A DNA stretch of 64,000 nt from a virus. The translations under genes were made by a program, and so were the position numbers. A model generated the notes under the pieces. It did no database searches, was not told the origin of the DNA, and worked only from the letters and a program-made list of their open reading frames with translations. Shown in pieces: positions 46,348 through 56,052 of the stretch (position 1 is its first letter; the number at the start of each line of letters is the position of its first letter). The stretch lies in IMG/VR virus record IMGVR_UViG_3300047274_000223; one strand, written 5' to 3'.

Positions 46348-47402
46348 ATTTTCTACAAGATGTTGTAAAGGAGATTGGAAATGAATACGCTGGCCTCGTT
46401 GCTGATGGTGTTGCGGCTGGTGACTGTGATACTTTTGTTGATACAGGTAGTTACATTTTTAACGCTCTGGTATCGGGATCGATTTACGGTGGAATCCCGT
46501 CAAACAAAATTACGGCTATTGCGGGCGAATCGTCTACAGGCAAAACTTTCTTTTGTCTCTCTGTCGTTAAACACTTTCTCGATAGTAATCCTAACGCGGG
46601 TGTTGTCTATTTTGAATCGGAATCCGCAATTACAAAATCTATGATTGAGGATCGTGGTATCGATTCCAAGCGAATGATTATTGTACCTGTTGTTACAGTT
46701 CAGGAGTTTCGTACTCAATCATTACGGATCGTGGATAAATACCTCGATCAGAAGGAGAGTGATAGACAACCTCTTATGTTCGTGCTAGATTCTCTTGGGA
46801 ACCTTTCTACTACCAAGGAAATCGAAGATTCATCTGAGGGTAAAGAGACCAGGGACATGACCAGAGCCCAGGTTACCAAATCCGTATTCCGTGTATTGAC
46901 ACTGAAGTTGGGTAAGGCAAATATCCCGATGCTGGTCACTAATCACACATATGACGTTGTAGGTGCTTATGTTCCAACTAAAGAAATGGGCGGCGGTTCT
47001 GGTCTTAAGTATGCCGCTTCTACTATTATCTACCTCTCCAAATCTAAGGAAAAGGACGGCAAAGAGATCGTCGGGAATATTATCAAGTGTAAAGCACAAA
47101 AGTCTCGCTTTACTAAAGAGAATTCCATTGCTGAGACGAGGCTTTACTATGACACAGGACTCGACCCTTACTACGGATTACTTGAACTTGGAGAGAAATA
47201 CGGAGTCTTTGAGAGAGTTGGTAATCGCTATAAAATCAATGGAGCGTCCGTCTATCCAAAAACAATTCTCGCGGATCCAGAAAAGTATTTCACTCCAGAA
47301 ATTATGCAAGCCCTTGATGAATCGGCAAGGAAAGAATATCTATACGGACAAGGCAATGTAACATCAAACGAGGAAGATTATGCAAGCGAAGAAACTGAGT
47401 GA
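46344..47402 (+). CDS. uvsX: UvsX RecA-like recombinase
   Basis: [21 protein letters not shown] and [12 protein letters not shown] motifs. Confidence 0.98.
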   Translation: MNFLQDVVKEIGNEYAGLVADGVAAGDCDTFVDTGSYIFNALVSGSIYGGIPSNKITAIAGESSTGKTFFCLSVVKHFLDSNPNAGVVYFESESAITKSMIEDRGIDSKRMIIVPVVTVQEFRTQSLRIVDKYLDQKESDRQPLMFVLDSLGNLSTTKEIEDSSEGKETRDMTRAQVTKSVFRVLTLKLGKANIPMLVTNHTYDVVGAYVPTKEMGGGSGLKYAASTIIYLSKSKEKDGKEIVGNIIKCKAQKSRFTKENSIAETRLYYDTGLDPYYGLLELGEKYGVFERVGNRYKINGASVYPKTILADPEKYFTPEIMQALDESARKEYLYGQGNVTSNEEDYASEETE

Positions 47403-47961
47403 TTTAATTAAGGTATATGATGATGTTATTGACGTAGAGCGTTGCGAAGGAATTATTAAGATGTTTGATAGTCATCCTGACTATCATGAAAGAATTGAAA
47501 GGGAAACAAAACCAGATTTTACACAGATGAATATCACTTCTTTTACTAGAGATAGTGATGAGCATTCTTCAAGAGACAGGGATAATCATCAATTCTTAGT
47601 TTCTGTCTTTACAAATTATGCTGCTTTATACTGTTCCGATCTTATGATTACAGATGAGCATCCTCCTCAGTATGCTCTTGAGGAACTTAGAGTTAAGAAA
47701 TATAATGTTGGTACAGATCAATTTTCTGAGCACGTTGATGTGGGGAATCATAACTCAGCTAGGAGATATCTTGCATTCTTCCTATATCTAAATGATATCG
47801 AAACGGGTGGGGAGACAAGATTTCCTTATCTGAACTTGTCAGTTCAACCAAAATCTGGTAGACTGATCGTGTTCCCACCAATGTGGATGTTCCCCCATGC
47901 GGGACTTCCCACTACAGAAACACCAAAGTACATTGTCGGATCGTATTGTCATTACTTATGA
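47380..47961 (+). CDS. 2OG-Fe(II) oxygenase
   Basis: EHVD (HxD), [15 protein letters not shown] and [11 protein letters not shown] motifs. Confidence 0.88.
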   Translation: MQAKKLSDLIKVYDDVIDVERCEGIIKMFDSHPDYHERIERETKPDFTQMNITSFTRDSDEHSSRDRDNHQFLVSVFTNYAALYCSDLMITDEHPPQYALEELRVKKYNVGTDQFSEHVDVGNHNSARRYLAFFLYLNDIETGGETRFPYLNLSVQPKSGRLIVFPPMWMFPHAGLPTTETPKYIVGSYCHYL

Positions 47962-49343
47962 TGGATAAACTGGAAGTTATTGTTCTTAAGAACCTTGTTC
48001 ACAATGAGAAGTTCTGTCGAAAGGTACTTCCTTTTATCAAACCAGAGTATTTCGAATCTCATGAAGAACGTGTAGTCTTCGATGAGGTAAATAAATACGT
48101 TCAGCAATATCAGACTCAACCTCCATTAAATGCAATTGCTATTGAGTGTGAGAGGAGAACTGATCTTAGCTCAGATGGATTTCAGAATATCTTGACTTTG
48201 CTCAAGACATTCACCGAAGATAAGATTGATTTTGAGTGGTTGATTAACACTACTGAGAAGTGGTGTAAGGATCGAGCAGTCTATCTATCTCTTCTTGAAT
48301 CGATTAAGATTGCTGATGGTAAGGATAAAACTAAGAGTCGTGATGCTATTCCTAGTATTCTTTCCGAGGCACTAGGAGTTTGCTTTGATGAGCATGTAGG
48401 TCACGATTACATTGATGACTTTGAGACTCGCTATGATTTCTATCACCGTAAAGAAGAAAAGATCCCGTTTGATCTTGAATTCTTTAATAAAATTACGAAG
48501 GGTGGTCTCCCTTCTAAGACTCTCAACATCGCTCTTGCTGGTACTGGTGTTGGTAAATCTCTCTTTATGTGCCATGTGGCTGCATCCTCTCTACTCCAAG
48601 GTAAGAATGTTCTGTACATCACTATGGAGATGGCAGAGGAAAGAATTGCAGAACGAATCGACGCGAACTTGTTGAACATTAATATTCAGCAACTTGTCGA
48701 TCTGCCTAAGCAGATGTACGAGACCAAGATTATTAAACTGGCACAGAAGACTGTTGGTAAACTTATTATCAAAGAGTATCCAACCGCGTCTGCTCATGCA
48801 GGACATTTTACATCTCTTCTAAACGAACTTGCTCTGAAGAAGGGATTCAAACCAGATATTATCTTTATTGATTATCTGAATATCTGTGCATCATCACGCT
48901 ACAAAGGATCTATTGTTAACTCTTACACTTATGTTAAAGCGATTGCCGAAGAGCTTAGAGGTCTTGCTGTCGAGTTTAATGTGCCTATCGTTAGTGCTAC
49001 TCAGACTACTCGTTCAGGGTATAGCAGCACTGACGTTGATCTTACTGATACCAGTGAATCTTTTGGACTTCCTGCTACTGCAGACCTTATGTTCGCTCTT
49101 ATCAGTACAGAAGAACTGGAGCAACTCAACCAGATCCTTGTCAAACAACTTAAAAACAGGTATAATGACCCTACGATGAACAAGCGGTTCATCATTGGTA
49201 TTGACAGAGCAAAGATGAGGTTGTATGATGTAGACCAGTCCGCACAGACAGATCTTGTTGATTCGGGGCAAGATCTAGATGAAGAACCCGAAGACCTTTT
49301 CAAAGGTAAAACCCGTAAAAATTTTTCTGACTTTAAATATTGA
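47958..49343 (+). CDS. gp41: Replicative helicase gp41
   Basis: AGTGVGKS, IFIDYLN, SATQT and SESFGLPATAD motifs; start MMDKL. Confidence 0.98.
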   Translation: MMDKLEVIVLKNLVHNEKFCRKVLPFIKPEYFESHEERVVFDEVNKYVQQYQTQPPLNAIAIECERRTDLSSDGFQNILTLLKTFTEDKIDFEWLINTTEKWCKDRAVYLSLLESIKIADGKDKTKSRDAIPSILSEALGVCFDEHVGHDYIDDFETRYDFYHRKEEKIPFDLEFFNKITKGGLPSKTLNIALAGTGVGKSLFMCHVAASSLLQGKNVLYITMEMAEERIAERIDANLLNINIQQLVDLPKQMYETKIIKLAQKTVGKLIIKEYPTASAHAGHFTSLLNELALKKGFKPDIIFIDYLNICASSRYKGSIVNSYTYVKAIAEELRGLAVEFNVPIVSATQTTRSGYSSTDVDLTDTSESFGLPATADLMFALISTEELEQLNQILVKQLKNRYNDPTMNKRFIIGIDRAKMRLYDVDQSAQTDLVDSGQDLDEEPEDLFKGKTRKNFSDFKY

Positions 49344-49351
49344 GGTAAACT

Positions 49352-49846
49352 ATGGCTGAAGGATTTGCACCTACTGAAGACCAGTTCCCCACTACTGGTA
49401 TGACTGATCAACTCCATCCTGATAATGAAGAGATTCCTGAGGATGAAGTCGATCTCCAGAAGTATCTGGAATTTGTTGACTTTGTGACTAGCAAACCATC
49501 CAAAGAATATGGTGAGTTTGCAGAGCGTCTGGAATCTCTTGCTGTTTCTGGATGTAATATTGAGCGTCTTCTGACTGCTGCTGTCGGTATTAATGCTGAA
49601 GGTGGTGAGTTCATGGAGATCGTTAAGAAGATGATCTTCCAAGGTAAACCCTGGAATGATGATAATCGTGAACATCTCATCATTGAACTTGGTGATGTTA
49701 TGTGGTATGTTGCTCAAGCATGTATGGCACTAAATATTTCTATGGATGAGGTAATTCATAAGAATGTTTCTAAGTTACTTAAGCGTTATCCCGAAGGTGT
49801 TTTTGATGTCGTCAGGTCCGAAGTCAGGAAGGCCGGAGACCGATGA
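49352..49846 (+). CDS. mazG: MazG-like nucleoside triphosphate pyrophosphohydrolase
   Basis: GINAEGGEFMEIVKK, IELGDVMWY and KRYP motifs. Confidence 0.93.
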   Translation: MAEGFAPTEDQFPTTGMTDQLHPDNEEIPEDEVDLQKYLEFVDFVTSKPSKEYGEFAERLESLAVSGCNIERLLTAAVGINAEGGEFMEIVKKMIFQGKPWNDDNREHLIIELGDVMWYVAQACMALNISMDEVIHKNVSKLLKRYPEGVFDVVRSEVRKAGDR

Positions 49847-49931
49847 TGATATAATCATCGAATACTTTCACATTTCGGAAATCATGGATGCTTGGTCTGA
49901 TGGTTACAATCACAAGCCCCCTCTTCTCTAA
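49806..49931 (+). CDS. Possible 41-aa micro-ORF (MSSGPKSGRPETDDDIIIEYFH...)
   Basis: Fills the mazG-terminator gap and overlaps the mazG end; weak support. Confidence 0.35.
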   Translation: MSSGPKSGRPETDDDIIIEYFHISEIMDAWSDGYNHKPPLL

Positions 49932-49954
49932 ATAATAAGGAAGAGGGGTTTTTT
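49918..49954 (+). terminator. Terminator hairpin with a late promoter (CTAAATA) in its loop
   Basis: CCCCTCTTC-(TCTAAATAATAAG)-GAAGAGGGG-TTTTTT. Confidence 0.75.
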
Positions 49955-49958
49955 ACAA

Positions 49959-51101
49959 ATGTCAAAACTCGATAAGTCACAACTCAAAAAACGAAATAAC
50001 ATTGAAGTTCTTGTTGATAAGTTTTTTGGTCTCAGTGACTATGAAAACAGATTTATTGTTGAAGGCGAAGGAGTCTTCATTCCAGTTGCTCTAGTTATTG
50101 AAACTAAGGCTGGAGAATATGCATACGAAACTGACGATGATGATCAGCGTGAGTCTGCTATTTCTAGAGTTCTAGAATTTATTGATGACAGATCTGCAAA
50201 GTTATTCTTTACTGGTAAGTATGAGAATACAGGACAGATTAAAACAGTATCTCTTACTGATCTACAGAAGACTGTTGAATTTGGTGGACAGTCTGGTAAG
50301 GGTGCTAAGGTAAATCTCGGCATTCAGTTTGAGAAAGATTTATTTGCTGCTCTGGTTGACTACTATGAGACAGGAAAGGAAGTTGGTAAATATGGAAAAT
50401 ACGCAAAAGAAATTATTGCTGAGGTTGGTAAGGATTTAGGTAAACCATTGTCGGGTGTCATTGCAGTTGGAGAACTAAATCAGAAGAGACCGCTATCTAT
50501 CTCTGGTAATACTTTAAGACTCGGTAATGGTGGTATTGACATTGGACCTACTGTTACTGACATTACACTTCAATTTAATGGTGGTACTCAAGTATATTTG
50601 TCACTTAAGTATGGAAGTACATTAGCATTTGCAAATATTGGTTGCAGTACTTTGTTTGCGGCAAATGATATGAAGACCTATTCTCCAAGTAAAAATGCAC
50701 AAACAGTTCTTGACATCTTTGGTTTGAGTAAGACTGCTTTCTGTGATACATTTAATAACTATCCGCACTCCAAGAAGATTCAAAATCATCAAGTTGATGT
50801 TACTCAAACTTGTGATAAGCAGGCTCTTCAAAATCTTCTAGAACAGATGGTTGGTAAAGGATACTGGATGATTCATGGAACTACATCCAAAGTGAATATC
50901 TATGAAATGGATGATTCATATTTGAGAAGTGCTACTACTCTTACTGGAAAGATCACTGCATACTATGGTGGTACTACTGGGAAGGGTAAGAAAGTAATTG
51001 TTGCTTGCGAATCTGCCAAATATAAATTCCAATTCAATATTCGCAATAAGCAGTCGGGAGTTTACCCAACTCATATTATGTGCGATTATCAAAAGAAATA
51101 A
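49959..51101 (+). CDS. Hypothetical protein, possible PD-(D/E)XK nuclease fold
   Basis: GIQFE...VTDITL...VYLSLK pattern; late-expressed. Confidence 0.5.
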   Translation: MSKLDKSQLKKRNNIEVLVDKFFGLSDYENRFIVEGEGVFIPVALVIETKAGEYAYETDDDDQRESAISRVLEFIDDRSAKLFFTGKYENTGQIKTVSLTDLQKTVEFGGQSGKGAKVNLGIQFEKDLFAALVDYYETGKEVGKYGKYAKEIIAEVGKDLGKPLSGVIAVGELNQKRPLSISGNTLRLGNGGIDIGPTVTDITLQFNGGTQVYLSLKYGSTLAFANIGCSTLFAANDMKTYSPSKNAQTVLDIFGLSKTAFCDTFNNYPHSKKIQNHQVDVTQTCDKQALQNLLEQMVGKGYWMIHGTTSKVNIYEMDDSYLRSATTLTGKITAYYGGTTGKGKKVIVACESAKYKFQFNIRNKQSGVYPTHIMCDYQKK

Positions 51102-51129
51102 ATACTAAAGAAGGAAAAACCTAGGGTAA

Positions 51130-52257
51130 ATGAAAAGTTATAGGGATTTTTTAAGTGAAGGCAAGAAGAGTGGTGCTGCTGCTGAAGCAGAGAAGCTTGG
51201 ACTTGTCCATGTGGGATATGGAAAGTATGCTAATCCAAGAACTAAGAAAGTAGAATACCGATCTGAAGGTGGGATGAAACTTGTGAAAGTTTCTGCTAAG
51301 GATGCTGGACTTCCAACTGATCATCCAGCCGCACCAGAACAGGATGCTGCAAAAGCACCAGATCAGGGAATGTCAGTTACTCTAACTTTCGGTAGATTCA
51401 ATCCTCCTACAGTTGGACACGAAAAACTAATTCAGCAAGTTGCAAATTCTGCAAATGGAGATTTCCGAATCTATCCATCACGCTCTCAAGATCCCCAGAA
51501 GAATCCACTAGATCCAAATACTAAGATCGAATGGATGAAGAAGATGTTTCCCGACTATGCTGAGAATATTGTGGGCGATGAAAAGATGAGAAATATCTTT
51601 GATGTTCTCAAAGCAGTCGCGGCCGAAGGGTATACTGAAGTTAATATTGTTGTTGGATCGGACAGAGTTTCAGAATTCCAAAATCTTGCACAAAAATATA
51701 ATGGTTCTCTTTATAACTTCAATAATATCCAAGTCATTTCAGCAGGTGAAAGAGATGCTGATGCTGAAGATGTTAGCGGAATGTCGGCTTCTAAGATGCG
51801 TAAGGCAGCGATGGAAGATCAGTATGAAGTCTTCGCAAAGGGAATTCCAAGTACACTAAAAGATTCCGATAAAGAAAAACTTTTCAGAACCTTACAAGAT
51901 GCTATGCATGTAACTACTAAGGTTGAGACTTGGCAGTATGCACCAGAGTTAGATTACGAATTGCTAAGAGAAGCATATTACAATAATGAAATCTTCCAAG
52001 AGGGTGCAATCGTTCAGAATTTAGATACTGGTATCCTCGGTGAAGTAATTCATCGTGGTCCTAACTATGTAATCTATGCTGATGAATACGATAATACTCA
52101 TCGTGGTTGGTTGACACAACTCAGCGAAGGTGCAGATCCATCAACTCAGTTAGAGATTGGAACCGATAAGTATCGTGATTATGTTCAACAACTTACTCCT
52201 GGTCAACCAAAAGTTACCTTTGGTGGTTGGATGAAAAAAGTAAAAACAACTAAATAA
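51130..52257 (+). CDS. Cytidyltransferase-family nucleotidyltransferase with an N-terminal capsid-targeting-like sequence
   Basis: TFGRFNPPTVGH (HIGH-like), VVGSDR and SGMSASKMR motifs; N-terminus MKSYRDFLSE. Confidence 0.88.
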   Translation: MKSYRDFLSEGKKSGAAAEAEKLGLVHVGYGKYANPRTKKVEYRSEGGMKLVKVSAKDAGLPTDHPAAPEQDAAKAPDQGMSVTLTFGRFNPPTVGHEKLIQQVANSANGDFRIYPSRSQDPQKNPLDPNTKIEWMKKMFPDYAENIVGDEKMRNIFDVLKAVAAEGYTEVNIVVGSDRVSEFQNLAQKYNGSLYNFNNIQVISAGERDADAEDVSGMSASKMRKAAMEDQYEVFAKGIPSTLKDSDKEKLFRTLQDAMHVTTKVETWQYAPELDYELLREAYYNNEIFQEGAIVQNLDTGILGEVIHRGPNYVIYADEYDNTHRGWLTQLSEGADPSTQLEIGTDKYRDYVQQLTPGQPKVTFGGWMKKVKTTK

Positions 52258-52289
52258 TAGAAGAAAAGGAAAACTCGCAAGAAATTAAA

Positions 52290-54509
52290 ATGTTTACTAA
52301 CAACTTCAAACTCGATGGGATTGAAAACATCCTAGATGATATTGGTTATCTTGATGAAATGAAAGGTGCTGGTGAAGATCAAGAGCACAAGTATACTAAG
52401 AAGTCAGGAAAGAAGTCGAAGGACTTTGATGGGGATGGAACTGTAGAAGACGAAACTGATGAGTATGCGGGTGTAAAGGATCGCGCAATCAAGAAGGCAA
52501 CTGGTAAGTGTTCTAAGTGTGGCAAAGAGCCTTGCGGGTGTGATACCAAAAAAGAGTCTGTAGATTTTTCATCTGTTCTTGATGAACTAACTGATGAAGA
52601 CATCATCTTCCTTTCTGACACTCTAATCGAAGAAGTTGTTGAAGAGTTCTTCTACGAAACTCTAGAAGAAGGTTTTGAAATCGAAGAACTAGAAACCATT
52701 CTAATCGAGCATGTTGAGTCTGAACTCGCATACCTCGAAGAGGCAAAGGTAACTGTTGGTCACGATTCTGGTTCGGAAGTAAGCAGACCTAGCAGACTTG
52801 CAAAAGTTAAGGATGCTGTAAAGAAAGTTGCTTCAGGTGCAAAAGCAGTTGCTAAGAAAGTTGCTCATGGTGCTGGCGAAGTTGCTGGTTCTGCAGTTGC
52901 TGGTTATAAGAAAGCATCTGCGGCTGCAAAGGATGCTCCTAGCGCAACTAAGTCCGATAGCAATGATTCCAAGTCGGATTCACCTAGAACTGGTTCAGGA
53001 TCTTCAGGCAGTTCTTCTGGTGGTTCTTCTGCAACTGGAACTAAGCGTCCTGGTCTTCTAGGTAGAATTGCATCAGGTCTTAAGTCTGGTCTTAAGAAAG
53101 CAATTCATGGTGCAGGTAAGGCAGTTGGTAAGGTTGTAAAGACTGCTAAGGCAGGATACGATGAAGGTAGAGGTAAGTCTGCTCCTGCTCCAGCAGCAAA
53201 ACCAGCAGCATCTTCAGCAGCAAAACCAGCAGCATCTTCAGCAGCAAAACCTGCTGCACCTGCTGCTAAAAAAGCATCTGCGAAGAAGAAGTCTGGTGGT
53301 AATCTAGACAATCTCCTCAAGCAAATTCGTAGTGAGGAAGTTGAACTAGAAGAAGGTAAGAATAAAGCAGGAAAGGAGCAAGGTGCTGACGGCAAAGCTT
53401 GCTGGAAAGGTTACAAGTATGCTGGCACTGAGAATGGTAAGGATAAGTGCGTACCTATGGAAGAGTACCTGGATGTATATACATCCATGATTGAAGAAGG
53501 TTATACTATCGATCAGGTTCGTGAAGTTCTTGCTGCATATGAAGATGGTTTTGAAGTCATCTTTGAGGAAGATGGCGTAACTATTAATGAGAATCAAGAA
53601 GTTCTTGATGAGGAAACTGAATTCCTTGCTGATGTAGAGATGGTTGCAGACTGGCTTCATGCTGAGGGTGTAATCGAGAACGAAGATCAGTTCTTCGAAC
53701 TCATGGAAGATCTTTCGGAGGAAGAGATTCAGGAACTCTATGATCTAGTTCTAGAAGCAACTGCCATGGCAAAACGTGGTTATGATGAGACCAAACTACG
53801 TCAACGTGCTGGCGGTGGAGAAGCAGCAGATAGAGCAACTGCACTTGAGAAGAAACCAACCTTCGGTGATGCTAACAAGGCAAAGCAAAGACAGAATTAT
53901 GCGAAAGCACAAAGAGGTGATTTCCGTAAGACTGCTTCATCGAATCCTGGTCTCCATGGATATGCTCACAAGTCCGATGATCCTAAGGTGAAAGCAAAGC
54001 AAGCAGCAAGAGGAGCACAAAGAGGTGCTTTAACTCCTAAAGAGAGAAAGGATCTCAACATGGGTTATGAAATGATCGGCAACTCTTTAGAAGAGGGTGG
54101 TTTAGAAGTACAGAACATCCATGAGATCTCTGCTGATCTTGGTCTTCGTGCATCAAAAGCAGCAGATAAAAAGAGAGCCGAACTAGCTCGTGCTGGTGAT
54201 AGGGAAGGTGCAGCAGCAAAGGCAGCACAAGCAAAGAGACTTTATGGTAAGCAAGCTGCTAGGAGATTGGGTAGAGAAGAACAAACTGAAATGATTGGTA
54301 ATTCTCTAGAGGAAGGTGGTCTTGAAGTTCGTAATTACTCTTGGGAAGAAGTAAATGAAGCACAAGAGGCTCGTAACAATCCCGAGAAGTACGAAGCAGG
54401 ACAAAAGAAAAAGTATGCTCCTGTCCGTGGAGAGAAAACTCCTATGCCACCTAGAGGTGACAAGCGTAGAGAGGATTTTGAGAAGTGGTATGCTGCTAAC
54501 GTTCGCTGA
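52290..54509 (+). CDS. Large modular acidic/basic protein; probable internal head polyprotein
   Basis: Late promoter CTAAATA at 52250; repeated L/I/V-x-E and LEEG linkers between Lys/Arg-rich modules. Confidence 0.7.
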   Translation: MFTNNFKLDGIENILDDIGYLDEMKGAGEDQEHKYTKKSGKKSKDFDGDGTVEDETDEYAGVKDRAIKKATGKCSKCGKEPCGCDTKKESVDFSSVLDELTDEDIIFLSDTLIEEVVEEFFYETLEEGFEIEELETILIEHVESELAYLEEAKVTVGHDSGSEVSRPSRLAKVKDAVKKVASGAKAVAKKVAHGAGEVAGSAVAGYKKASAAAKDAPSATKSDSNDSKSDSPRTGSGSSGSSSGGSSATGTKRPGLLGRIASGLKSGLKKAIHGAGKAVGKVVKTAKAGYDEGRGKSAPAPAAKPAASSAAKPAASSAAKPAAPAAKKASAKKKSGGNLDNLLKQIRSEEVELEEGKNKAGKEQGADGKACWKGYKYAGTENGKDKCVPMEEYLDVYTSMIEEGYTIDQVREVLAAYEDGFEVIFEEDGVTINENQEVLDEETEFLADVEMVADWLHAEGVIENEDQFFELMEDLSEEEIQELYDLVLEATAMAKRGYDETKLRQRAGGGEAADRATALEKKPTFGDANKAKQRQNYAKAQRGDFRKTASSNPGLHGYAHKSDDPKVKAKQAARGAQRGALTPKERKDLNMGYEMIGNSLEEGGLEVQNIHEISADLGLRASKAADKKRAELARAGDREGAAAKAAQAKRLYGKQAARRLGREEQTEMIGNSLEEGGLEVRNYSWEEVNEAQEARNNPEKYEAGQKKKYAPVRGEKTPMPPRGDKRREDFEKWYAANVR
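53191..53251 (+). repeat. 24-bp tandem repeat, 2.5 copies (AAKPAASS)
   Basis: cagcagcaaaaccagcagcatctt at 53191 and 53215, partial copy at 53239. Confidence 0.95.
54069..54329 (+). repeat. Duplicated 14-aa linker EMIGNSLEEGGLEV (54069-54110 and 54288-54329)
   Basis: Identical peptide with synonymous DNA differences. Confidence 0.9.
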
Positions 54510-54519
54510 GGTTAAATAA

Positions 54520-55602
54520 ATGAAAACATTCCAATCATTCATCTCCGAAGAAGGGGAAAAAGTAAAAAGAGGTAAGGAAATCTCTGTTGGTAAGAACACT
54601 GTTAAGATCAATCCTGACAGTGAAGAATTGAAGGAAGTCGCTCCTCCAACTGCAAAGGCGGAGCGTATGGTTAAGCATATTAAGAAGTCTTATTCTAAGG
54701 ATGGTAAATTAACCGACAAGGAAAAAGAAATTGCATATGCAACTGCGTGGAAACATCATAATACTGAATCTGCTGTTCCTGGTAAACCTGCAGAAAAACT
54801 CGGTGCTGTAACTGCCATCCCTAAGGATGAGCGTGATGCTGCAAGAGAAAGAACTCTTGCTAAAGCAAAAGCAGCACGAGCAGCAAGAGAAAAGGGAATG
54901 AAGGAAGAGATTGAAATTGAAGAAGGCATGACCATGAAGGATTTCAAAGCAAACCGCAGAAAACTCAAGCGTAGAGAAGCTTCTGCCGATGCCAAGAAGA
55001 GAGGTCATGTAGGTAAAGAATGGTATAACAGTGGTAGGACCTATTCTCCTGATGAAGCGAAGAGTGGTCGTGCAAATATGCCTGATCATGAAAGACAAAC
55101 AAGACATCGTAGTGCTGTAGATCCTGATAATGATAATGATGATATGTACTCAGCAGATAAGACGAAGAATCCTAAGAAACTTCGCAAGCAGAAGGCAATG
55201 GGAGAAATTGGTGAATCACTTCTTTCGTTCTCTAACTTCATGGAAGCACGTAGAATGGATCGTGAAGGTGTAGATCGTGGTGATGCTGGTCGTGAACAAC
55301 GTGCTGCTAAAGCAAAAGCATCTTTAGCAGCAAAGGCAAAGAGAGATACTGCAATCGACAAGTATGAGAAATCTTCTGGTCGCACTGTAGATCGTTCTAA
55401 GTCTGTAGAGTACAAAGCACACGCTAAGAATCATCCTGGTTCTCGTCAAGAACCTAAAGTAAAGGGTGCAAAAGAAACTCCTGCTGAAACTCACAGCAGA
55501 AGAGTTAATCGTCAGGTTGCTAGAGTTTTGAAGCACGGTCCAACATCTAAAGAAAAGCGTGAGAACGAGGCAATGTCAAAACACACATCTCGTTTTGACT
55601 AA
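54520..55602 (+). CDS. Basic modular protein with T4-like capsid-targeting sequence; probable internal head protein
   Basis: N-terminus MKTFQSFISE; internal LKE, MKEEIEIEEG, IGES and SFSNFMEA junctions; very Lys/Arg-rich modules. Confidence 0.75.
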   Translation: MKTFQSFISEEGEKVKRGKEISVGKNTVKINPDSEELKEVAPPTAKAERMVKHIKKSYSKDGKLTDKEKEIAYATAWKHHNTESAVPGKPAEKLGAVTAIPKDERDAARERTLAKAKAARAAREKGMKEEIEIEEGMTMKDFKANRRKLKRREASADAKKRGHVGKEWYNSGRTYSPDEAKSGRANMPDHERQTRHRSAVDPDNDNDDMYSADKTKNPKKLRKQKAMGEIGESLLSFSNFMEARRMDREGVDRGDAGREQRAAKAKASLAAKAKRDTAIDKYEKSSGRTVDRSKSVEYKAHAKNHPGSRQEPKVKGAKETPAETHSRRVNRQVARVLKHGPTSKEKRENEAMSKHTSRFD

Positions 55603-55648
55603 ATAACTGGGGAGACCCATACGTTAAGTAAACATTAAGGAGGTTATT

Positions 55649-55867
55649 ATGGGAGGAATCGTAGCAGTAGTTAAGCCACTACTAATGCAAATTGCAACCC
55701 ATCCTGCTGTTAAGAAACTCGTTATTGATCTTCTTGAGAAGTATGTGAAATCAACCGACAACAGCATCGATGACATGATCCTAACAACTGTTAAGGCAGC
55801 AATGTTCAAGGATCAAGTTACTGGTGAGGTTGCTGGAGTTGCTTCAAAACTCGGCATTAAACTATGA
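55649..55867 (+). CDS. Small amphipathic hypothetical protein
   Basis: AAGGAGG RBS; VKKLVIDLLEKYVKSTDNSIDD motif. Confidence 0.75.
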   Translation: MGGIVAVVKPLLMQIATHPAVKKLVIDLLEKYVKSTDNSIDDMILTTVKAAMFKDQVTGEVAGVASKLGIKL

Positions 55868-56016
55868 TCACTTGTTTTCTAACAAACTGGGGAGTAACCA
55901 TTGTCTTAGGGTTACTCCTTTCTTTATCTGAATACTTGGCAAAGACCAATAAGACTAAGGCAAATGGTATTCTCGATTTCGTATCGGATACACTAAAAAC
56001 GATATTAAATAAATAA
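55864..56016 (+). CDS. 50-aa membrane micro-protein, possibly holin-like (MITCFLTNWGVTIVLGLLLSLSEYLAKT...)
   Basis: ATGA coupling; TM helix; translated by hand. Confidence 0.65.
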   Translation: MITCFLTNWGVTIVLGLLLSLSEYLAKTNKTKANGILDFVSDTLKTILNK

Positions 56017-56052
56017 TATACAGGATAATTAAAGTTTATTGGAGAATAGCAA

